A stretch of DNA of 64,000 bases from Phaeosaccion multiseriatum (Eukaryota; Protista; Ochrophyta, other classes), in contig OZ218958.1 in the NCBI GenBank assembly GCA_965112735.1, positions 2,232,001-2,296,000 on the forward strand, given 5' to 3'. This document shows, one piece after another, positions 25,581 to 36,136 of the stretch (positions within the stretch are counted from its first letter, which is position 1; every line of letters starts with the position of its first letter). A program made the position numbers and the translations under genes. The notes under the pieces are model-generated. The model did no database searches. It was not told the origin of the DNA and saw only the letters and a list, made by a program, of their open reading frames with translations.

Positions 25581-28500
25581 ATGTGTATTTGCGACTTGTG
25601 GAGCTGGCTGTTCTGGGACGGCCCGGCCTGGGACGGCACCTCATTCGAGGTAAGAACACCCCCCCCCCCCCCAACACACACACACACGACAGCATGCGGA
25701 CGAGAAGAGTGCAGCTGTGACGGGGATGAGTTTCGAGCCCAAACGCGCGGGCGGAAGGGCAGAAGCGGGGGAGAGAAGGAGAGCAGACTCAGTGTCTTGA
25801 GGGTGAGGGAGCCTTGTGAGGGAGTTCCCTCAAGCTCTGCAAGTCCAGCTGCTCTTCTAAATGCTTCATTACTCGGGGCGCCTTTCACCCTTGTCACTTT
25901 TCATATCTTACAGCACTGGCGAGTCTTCCTTGCGATCGCCGGCAAGAAGAGCGTCTCAGCGGTGCAGGCGCGGGTGGGGCAGCTCATCGCCACACATGGC
26001 GAGCCAAGCCTGGAGCAATCGATCAACAAAGGCGGCTGGACCGTTCTCATGACGGCGGCATGGTTCGGTCGGCTGGACGTCGTGGAGCTTCTGCTGCAGG
26101 AAGGGGCCTTGCCGTCTACCATAGGAGAGGAGCTCGGGGAGACGGCAATGTCCAGAAAAGGACACGCCCACGTGGTGAAGCGCTTGCTGGAGGCCGGAGC
26201 CTTTGTGGACGGACCCAATGCAATGGGAGTCACCTCGCTACATACGGCTTGTGACCACGGCCGTGTGGACGTGGTGCGCCTGCTCATCGGCGCAAGGGCT
26301 AGCCTCAATGTGTGCCGCCAGGACGGAAGTACTCCGCTTCGCTGGCTTGTCAGCGCGGGTACACCTCCATCGTGGAGATGCTCATTTCAGCCAAAGCAGA
26401 TGTGAACAGAGACGACCATTCAGGATGCACGCCCATCCTTGTTGCTTCTTACAAAGGGCATGAGCGCGTCGTGCGGCGACTCATCAGGGAACATGTCAAC
26501 CCCACCGGCCCACAGAAGCGATTGTTCAACCCTCCCGTGCCGAAATCAGGCCCAGATTGCCCACCGGGGGCCACAGATGGGCCTGTTCAACTCCACAGAG
26601 GCCCATGTTCAACCCCGCCGAGCACACCATAGACGCCGCGCAGACTCATTGCGACCATGATGGGACCACTTCAACCCCACCGGCCCATGGAAGCGATTGT
26701 TCAACCCTCCCGTGCCGAAATCAGGCCCAGATTGCCCACCGGGGTCCACAGATGGGCCTGTTCAACCCCACAGAGGCCCATGTTCAACCCCGCCGTGCAC
26801 ACCATAGACGCCGCGTAGACTCATTGCAACCATGGTGGGACCATTTCAACCCCACCGGCCCACACAAGCCATTGTTCAATCCTCCCTTGCCGAAATCAGG
26901 CCCAGATTGCCCACCGGGGTCCACAGATGGGCCAGTTCAACCCCACAGAGGCCCATGCTCAACCCCGCCGAGCACACCGTAGACGCTACGCAGACTCATT
27001 GCGACCATGGTGGGACCATTTCAACCCCACCGGCCCACACAAGCCATTGTTCAATCCTCCCTTGCCGAAATCAGGCCCAGATTGCCCACCGGGGTCCACA
27101 GATGGGCCAGTTCAACCCCACAGAGGCCCATGTTCAACCCCGCCGAGCACACCGTAGACGCCGCACAGACTCATTACAACCATGGTGGGACCATTTCAAC
27201 CCCACCGGCCTATGGAAGCGATTGTTCAACCCTCCCGTGCCGAAATCAGGCCCAGATTGCCCACCGGGGGAGCCCACAGATGGGCCTGTTCAACCCCACA
27301 GAGGCCCATGTTCAACCCCGCCGAGCGCACCATAGACGCCGCGCAGACTCATTGCGACCATGGTGGGACCATTTCAACCCCACCGGCCCATGGAAGCGAT
27401 TGTTCAACCCTCCCGTGCCGAAATCCGGCCCAGATTGCCCACCGGGGTCCTCAGATGGGCCAGTTCAACCCCACAGAGGCCCATGTTCAACCCCGCCGAG
27501 CATACCATAGACGCCACGCAGACTCATTGCGACCATGGTGGGACCACTTCAACCCCACCGGCCCATGGAAGCGATTGTTCAACCCTCCCGTGCCGAAATC
27601 AGGCCCAGATTGCCCACCGGGGGCCACAGATGGGCCTGTTCAACCCCACAGAGGCCCATGTTTAACCCCGCCCAGCACACCATAGACGCCGCGCAGACTC
27701 ATTGCGACCATGGTGGGACCACTTCAACCCCACCGGCCCATGGAAGCGATTGTTCAACCCTGCCGTGCCGAAATCAGGCCCAGATTGCGCACCGGGGTCC
27801 ACAGATGGGCCTGTTCAACCCCACAGAGGCCCATGTTCAACCCCGCCGAGCACACCATAGACGCATCACAGACTCATTGCGACCATGGTGGGACCATTTC
27901 AACCCCACCGGCCTATGGAAGGCATTGTTCAACCCTCCCGTGCCGAAATCAGGCCCAGATTGCCCACCGGGGGAGCCCACAGATGGGCCTGTTCAACCCC
28001 ACAGATGCCCATGTTCAACCCCGCCGAGCGCACCATAGACGCCACCCCCACTCATTGCGACCATGGTGGGACCACTTCAACCCCACCGGCCCATGGAAGC
28101 GATTGTTCAACCCTCCCGTGCCGAAATCAGGCCCAGATTGCCCACCGGGGGCCCACTGATGGGCCTGTTCAACCCCACAGAGGCCCATGTTCAACCCCAC
28201 CGAGCACACCATAGACGCCGCGCAGACTCATTGCGACCATGGTGGGACCACTTCAACCCCACCGGCCCACACAAGCCCTTGTTCAATCCTCCCGTGCCGA
28301 AATCAGGCCCAGATTGCCCACCGGGGTCCACAGATGGGCCAGTTCAACCCCACAGAGGCCCATGTTCAACCCCGCCGTGCACACCATAGACGCCGCGCAG
28401 ACTCATTGCGACCATGGTGGGCCCATTTCAACCCCACCGGCCCATGGAAGCGATTGTTCAACCCTCCCGTGCCGAAATCAGGCCCAGATTGCCCACCGGG

Positions 28501-31475
28501 GGAGCCCACAGATGGGCCTGTTCAACCCCACAGAGGCCCATGTTCAACCCCGCCGAGCGCACCATAGACGCCGCGCAGACTCATTGCGACCATGGTGGGA
28601 CCACTTCAACCCCACCGGCCCATGGAAGCGATTGTTCAACCCTCCCGTGCCGAAATCAGGCCCAGATTGCCCACCGGGGGCCCACTGATGGGCCTGTTCA
28701 ACCCCACAGAGGCCCATGTTTAACCCCGCCCAGCACACCATAGACGCCGCGCAGACTCATTGCGACCATGGTGGGACCACTTCAACCCCACCGGCCCATG
28801 GAAGCGATTGTTCAACCCTCCCTTGCCGAAATCAGGCCCAGATTGCGCACCGGGGTCCACAGATGGGCCTGTTCAACTCCACAGATTCCCATGTTCAACC
28901 CCGCCGAGCACACCATAGACGCATCACAGACTCGTTGCGACCATGGTGGGACCATTTCAACCCCACCGGCCCACAGAAGCCATTGTTCAACCCTCCCGTG
29001 CCGAAATCAGGCCCAGATTGCCCACCGGGGTCCACAGATGGGCCAGTTCAACCCCACAGAGGCCCATGTTCAACCCCGCCGTGCACACCATAGACGCCGC
29101 GCCGACTCATTGCAACCATGGTGGGACCATTTCAACCCCACCGGCCCACACAAGCCATTGTTCAATCCTCCCTTGCCGAAATCAGGCCCAGATTGCCCAC
29201 CGGGGTCCACAGATGGGCCAGTTCAACCCCACAGAGGCCCATGTTCAACCCCGCCGAGGACACCATAGACGCCGCGCAGACTCATTGCGACCATGGTGGG
29301 CCCATTTCAACCCCACCGGCCCATGGAAGCGATTGTTCAACCCTCCCGTGCCGAAATCAGGCCCAGATTGCCCACCGGGGGAGCCCACAGATGGGCCTGT
29401 TCAACCCCACAGAGGCCCATGTTCAACCCCGCCGAGCGCACCATAGACGCCGCGCAGACTCATTGCGACCATGGTGGGACCACTTCAACCCCACCGGCCC
29501 ATGGAAGCGATTGTTCAACCCTCCCGTGCCGAAATCCGGCCCAGATTGCCCACCGGGGGAGCCCACAGATGGGCCTGTTCAACCCCACAGATGCCCATGT
29601 TCAACCCCGCCGAGCGCACCATAGACGCCACGCATACTCATTGCGACCATGGTGGGACCATTTCAACCCCACCGGCCCATGGAAGCGATTGTTCAACCCT
29701 CCCGTGCCGAAATCAGGCCCAGATTGCCCACCGGGGTCCACAGATGGGCCTGTTCAACCCCACAGAGGCCCATGTTCAACCCCGCCGAGCGCACCGTAGC
29801 CGCCGCGTAGACTCATTGCGACCATGGTGGGACCACTTCAACCCCACCGGCCCATGGAAGCGATTGTTCAACCCTGCCGTGCCGAAATCAGGCCCAGATT
29901 GCCCACCGGGGGGCCACAGATGGGCCTGTTCAACCCCACAGAGGCCCATGTTCAACCCCGCCGAGCATACCATAAACGCCGCGCAGACTCATTGCGACCA
30001 TGATGGGACCACTTCAACCCCACCGGCCCATGGAAGCGATTGTTCAACCCTCCCGTGCCGAAATCAGGCCCAGATTGCCCACCGGGGGAGCCCACAGATG
30101 GGCCAGTTCAACCCCACAGAGGCCCATGTTCAACCCCGCCGAGCGCACCATAGACGCCGCGCAGACTCATTGCGACCATGGTGGGACCACTTCAACCCCA
30201 CCGGCCCATGGAAGGCATTGTTCAACCCTCCCGGGTCGAAATCAGGCCCAGATTGCCCACCCGGGGAGCCCACAGATGGGCCTGTTCAACCCCACAGAGG
30301 CCCATGTTCAACCCCGCCGAGCGCACCATAGACGCCGCGCAGACTCATTGCGACCATGGTGGGACCATTTCAACCCCACCGGCCCATGGAAGCGATTGTT
30401 CAACCCTCCCGTGCCGAAATCAGGCCCAGATTGCCCACCGGGGGCCACAGATGGGCCTGTTCAACCCCACAGAGGCCCATGTTCAACCCCGCCGAGCACC
30501 CCATAGACGCAGCGCCGACTCATTGGGACCATGGTGGGACCACTTCAACCCCACCGGCCCATGCAAGCGATTGTTCAACCCTCCCGTGTCGAAATCAGGC
30601 CCAGATTGCCCACCGGGGTCCACAGATGGGCCTGTTCAACCCCACAGAGGCCCTTGTTCAACCCCGCTGAGCACCCCATAGACGCCGCGCAGACTCATGG
30701 CAACCCTGGTGGGAACATTTCAACCCCACCGGCCTATGGAAGGCATTGTTCAACCCTCCCGTGCCGAAATCAGGCCCAGATTGCCCACCGGGGGCCACAG
30801 ATGGGCCTGTTCAACCCCACAGAGGCCATGTTCAACCCCGCCGAGCACCCCATAGACGCATCGCAGACTCATGGCGACCATGGTGGGACCATTTCAACCC
30901 CACCGGCCCATGGAAGCGATTGTTCAACCCTCCCGTGCCGAAATCAGGCCCAGATTGCCCACCGGGGTCCACAGATGGGCCTGTTCAACCCCACAGAGGC
31001 CCATGTTCAACCCCGCCGAGCACACCATAGACCCCGCGCAGACTCATTGCGACCATGGTGGGACCATTTCAACCCCACCGGCCCACAGAAGCCATTGTTC
31101 AACCCTCCCGTGCCGAAATCAGGCCCAGATTGCCCACCGGGGGCCACAGATGGGCCTGTTCAACCCCACAGAGGCCCATGTTCAACCCCGCCGAGCGCAC
31201 CATAGACGCAGCGTAGACTCATTGCGACCATGATGGGACCATTTCAAAACCACAGGCCCATGGAAGGCATTGTTCACCCCTCCCGTGTCGAAATCAGGCC
31301 CAGATTGCCCACCGGGGCCCACAGATGGGCCTGTTCAACCCCACAGAGGCCCATGTTCAACCCCGCCGAGGAGTGAAGCCATCCTTACATGGCCTGTCAG
31401 AACGGCCACGAGGAGGTGGTGGAGCGCCTTATCTGTGCAGGAGCCGACATGGACAAGGCCAACAAGCGCGGCGTG
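25581..31475 (+). pseudogene. Tandem duplicate of the 23545-25105 ankyrin gene, frameshifted and interrupted by a satellite array
   Basis: Same exon1/intron layout (…SFE|gtaaga 25649; acceptor 25913) and homologous upstream/intron DNA; AAWFGRLDVVELLLQEGALPST. Frameshift near 26340; ankyrin sequence resumes after the array (MACQNGHEEVVERLICAGADMDKANKRG, ~31390-31472). Confidence 0.8.
26496..31370. repeat. Satellite array, about 28 head-to-tail units of 174-178 bp
   Basis: The marker gaaatc(a/c)ggcccagattg recurs 28 times, mostly 175, 176 or 178 bp apart; each unit carries four TTCAACCC subrepeats. Confidence 0.98.
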
Positions 31476-32350
31476 GTGGAAGGAGACGAGAGAGGAGAGA
31501 GAGGAGAGTCTACTGGCGGCATGGAGAGAGAGGATAGAGTCTAGGGTGGTGGTGGTCACGGAGCTGCCACACCCTGGGATGGAGCAACCAGTAGTGTCGG
31601 CCCCGAGCCGTGTTGTTGGGGCGATGATGTGGAGAAGGTGGCCATCATGGCTAACGGCCATGGCTATGGCGGAGGACATCAACGAGAGGGAAGCGACGCA
31701 AAGTAGAGAGAGAGAGAGAGAGTGCACCGAGAGAGAGGGCAGGAGGGGGGGAGGGCGAGGGTGAGACGAGCCCGCTTTGTGTGGGCAGTCACGAGAGTGC
31801 GTAGAATGGGGGGGGGGGTTGGAGAGAAGGCGGGGGGGAGACGAGCTAGCTTGTATTGTCAGTGTATGGAGTGCGTTGTTGAGAGGGTGGGCAGAGGAGG
31901 AGGCACGTATTGAGAAAACGAGTGTGTGTATCAGTGTGTTGGCGCGTTGTGTGTGTGTGTCTGTGTGTGTGTGTGCGTGCGTGTTTGTCGTACTTGGGCC
32001 CCCTTAGGACCCATTCCTCCCCGTATTGCGCGGGATGAGGGATGAGGGAGGCCCAGGCCGGCCCCGAAGGGGGGACATCAAAAGGAGGATATTGTAGTGC
32101 CGTACAAGAGGAGGCAAGATTCATTCCTTAGAAACGGCAATAGAAGTACTTCGTAGTGCCCAACCAAAGAAGAAAGGAAACAGCTGTGGGTAAAGCAAGC
32201 ACAACAGAAGGTACAACGGTAAAGCACCCCGTCAGAGCATCGCCCCACCCCGACTCGGCGTGTTCGACCCTCTCTGTCTTCCTCTTTTGACCCTTCCTTC
32301 TCTCTACTGCCGAGCATGCCTGCCTCTTCTCATCACTCTATTCCCTCTGC

Positions 32351-35300
32351 TCATCCTTCGTCGTCGCTGTCGATGGTCTCTCCCTGCTTGAGCTTTCTGA
32401 TCACACCCTTCAACCGGGCAACTTCCTCGTTGTCCGCGGCCTAGTGTAGCAATGGGGCAATTGGAGGAGCAGTTGGAGTAGCAGTTTGTTGGGAGTCTCA
32501 GTTTACATGTGTACAAGTTGAGCTTCGATGTCAATACAAAGACATGGGGAGGGACACACTCTTGTTTCGAGAGAGCTCACTGCTCCTCGCTCCTCACTCC
32601 ACACTCCTCGCTCTTCGCTGCTCACCCTCCCTCCTGTTACAAAACGTCATTCTTAGGTTGACTCGTGTAAGTCAATAAAACATCCCTCCATTGACATACT
32701 ATTTACCTTGTTTGCATCATTGGTGATGAGCTTTACGCGTGAAGCGTACAGGAGTGACGTCATTGTCTCATCCACGTTGTAATCCGCTGGGGACAGGTTC
32801 ACGAACATCAGCGTCTGGGGCACGCATGCAGGAGAGAGAGAGAGAGAGAGAGAGGAGGGGGGGGGGTGAGAAGGCGGGCTTTTGGGTTGGTAGACTCATT
32901 CATGTCCTATCTACTCATGGGGGCTGAGCTGCTGAGCTGATGGAGGCGTACCTTCGCATTGCCGCCGAGAGAGTCTTGCATAACCTGGGAGAGAGGCAGG
33001 GGATGGCAGTGGATGGGGAGGGGAGGGGGAGGGGATGGCAGGGGATGCCATGGTATATGGTATGAGAGCACAGCACAGCACACCCACCACACCCGATCCC
33101 ACCCCACCCATTGACTTACTACCCACCCATTGACCTACTACCCACCCACCTGTGTGAGCTTGTTGTCTCTGTAGGGTATGTGTTTCTCCTCCGTAGACAG
33201 TGCCGAAATGACATTGCCCAGCGCACTGAGGGACTTATTGATGCTCTGCCCCTCCTTGAGCCGCTCCGCCGTCGCCCCCGTCTTGTCCGCCCTCTCCGAA
33301 CCCGCGAGGTCCACAAGACTGAGCTTGCCGCAGGAGGTCTTCTTGGTGGTGAAGTTGAACACCTTCACGGGAAGTCAATGAAGAGTACGTATCGTACAAA
33401 GTCAAGAGGAAAAGTATGTATGTCAATGACCAGCGATTCAGTTTCAGTTTCAACTTGTCTCGATATCGTGATGCACACACAAAACGCAATAGACACACAT
33501 ACCCACGCACACGATTCCTCCTCCCCCTACCACCATCGCCCTCCTCTCCTCTTACACATCACTCTCCATCACCATACCACATACACACGCGCACATACAT
33601 ACCTCGACCATGACGGAGAAGATGGAGTGACTGCGGCTGCTCTCGGCATTCATCTTCGTGCCTCCGGTCTGTTGGGTGCGGGGGGGGAGGAAGGAGGGAG
33701 AGAGGGAGGGAGGGATGGAGGGAGAGACGGACGGAGGGAGGGAGAGAGAGAGAGGAGGGAGGGAGGGAGGTATGGAGGGGAGGGGTGGGTCAGACATATG
33801 CAAAGGTTTACATCCTCCCTCCCCTCCCTCCCCTCCCTCCCTCCCTCACACTAAATCATACCTTCCGCATGGTATTCCCTCCATCAAAGAGCTCCATCAG
33901 CTCCTCCCTTGTATTCGCCTCTCGAATAATCGCCCCCTTGACCTTGACCATCTTCTTGGCATCGAGTTTAATGTCGAGCTTGGGAGGTTCTGCCCTTGAC
34001 CCCTTGTTCTCGAGCTTCCAAAAGAGATCCTGGAGCTTGTCGAGGTATAGTTCCACGAAGTAGCAGCTCACCTGTTGGTGATACAGGGGGGGGGGGAAGG
34101 GAGGGGGAGGAGGAAGAGGAGGAGGAGATCAGTTCGCCAGTCAGTCTGTCGGTCAGTCAGTGAGTCAGTGAACGGTCAGTCAGTGAGTCAGTGATCGGTC
34201 AGTCAGTGAGTCAGTGATCGGTCAGTCAGTGAGTCAGTGATCGGTCAGTCAGTGAGTCAGTGATCGGTCAGTCAGTGAGTCAGTGAGTCAGTGAGTCAGT
34301 CAGTCAGTGAGTCAGTGATCGGTCAGTCAGTGAGTCAGTGAGTCACCAGAGAGCTTGCTTGCGTCTTAGGGCGGTTCGGGGCCATCCTCCCTCCCTTGCA
34401 AAATAAAGAGTGACAGAGACCCAGAGAGAGTAGATCGGTCTCTTTCTCGCTGTGCTAATCCTCGCCCAGCTCTGCTTTACCACCAACTGTCCTACCTCCT
34501 TGACTCATAGCGACTTTGGCCTCTACTGTATCACCAAATGCTCTACTCTACGCCCTTGACTCACACTGACTTCTGCCCTCTACTATATCACCAACTGCTA
34601 CACCATAACCGCTTGACTCAAGGTGCCTTCTTCCACTTCTGCCTCTACCATATCACCAACTGCTATACCATAACCGCTTGACTCACAGTGACTTCTGCCT
34701 TGCCCTTCAGCTCGTCCTTGTGATCGAAGATGGCCTGTATAGCCCGAGGGGTGAGGCCGGGCATAGCAGGGGAGCCGGACATAGTCCAAGTCTTTCCCGA
34801 GCCCGTCTGAATCGATGGATGATGGATGATGGATGGAGCAGTTGGTGATACACAGCAGGGGGAGGGCGTTTGGGGAGTTGAAAAATGTTGGTGATACAGC
34901 AGAGAGGGGAAGTGGAGGGGAGATGGGGGGGTGGGGGAAGCTGACCTGTCCGTAGGCGAACACGCAGACGTTATAACCGTCCATGGCGGACTGAATAAGG
35001 TTCTTGGCGTCTGAGAATACCTATTGATGAGGAGCGGAATGGCAGAGAAGGGGAAGGAATGGCGGAATGGCAGAGGAGGGGGCGAGGGTAAGAAAAGAAC
35101 AGAGAAGAGACAAGAGAGAAAAGAAGCGCTGAACTTGCCTCTGCCTGTGTGGAGTTGGGCGTAAACACGGCGTCGAACACGAACTGCTTGGGGCCCTTGT
35201 CTTGCTTCATCACGTCAAGGGTGGTCTCATCGACGAAGCTCACTACTTGCTTGCAGTCACGCTCTTTCTCGTAGCCGGCCATGGGACGGCACCTTGGGGG

Positions 35301-36102
35301 AGGGGATGGCAGTAGATGGAGGGGAGGGGGGGGCAGTGGACGGGGGGGGTTGAGGAGAGAGAAGAGACAAGAGAGGAGAGAGAAGAGAGAAGAGAGAAGA
35401 GAGGAGACAGAAGAGAGGAGACAGAAGAGACGAGACAGAAGAGACGAGACAGAAGAGAGGAGCGAGGAGCGAGAAGAGAGGAGAGACAAGAGAGGAGACA
35501 GAAGAGAGAAGACAGAAGAGAGGAGACAGAAGAGAGGAGACAGAAGAGAGGAGACGGAAGAGTCGGCCCACCCTACCCGGGCTCCTGGCAAGGCGGCTGT
35601 ACCACCAACTGCCCACCCTCACCCTCACCCTCACCCTCACCCCAAAGTGTACCGCCAAGTGGTCACCCTCACCCTCACCTGGCGTACACGCGGATCTTTC
35701 CCTTCATGTCCTCCATCATGTTCCAGTACTTCTTACGCAGCAGCACCTGTTGGGCGTACAGTGGGTTAGTGATGTAGTACGCCAGTTGTGATCTCCTTCC
35801 TCGCGCCCCCTAGAGCCTCCTAGTGGCTGAAGCTAGGCCCGTAGGCGTAGCTTCACTGACTTACTGACCCACTCACTCACTGACTTACGGGCTCACAGAC
35901 TTACTAACTCACCTCCTTCTTGTAGAGCTCCTCCACCTCCTCTGTGCGGGCAGTGGCTGCGGCCTCGCTCACCTGTTGCAGTTCAGTTTCAGTTTCAGTT
36001 TCTAAAAGTCGACTCATTCACTTAATTCTTAAAGGAGTCAACCTAAGCAATACGCATGTGTGATTGTGTGTGATTGTGTGTGATTGTGTGTGATTGTGTG
36101 TG

Positions 36103-36136
<34 letters not shown>

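Noticed and set aside
26496-26850. Hammerhead ribozyme / retrozyme monomer
   Set aside because: GAAA is present, but I find no CUGANGA box correctly placed on either strand; other ribozyme classes cannot be excluded by eye.
26496-31370. CRISPR-like array or coding repeat (many 100-280 aa ORFs)
   Set aside because: The sequences between TTCAACCC motifs are themselves repeated rather than unique spacers, and no cas genes are present. Unit lengths of 175/176/178 bp are not multiples of three and a stop recurs in each unit, so the ORFs are artefacts.
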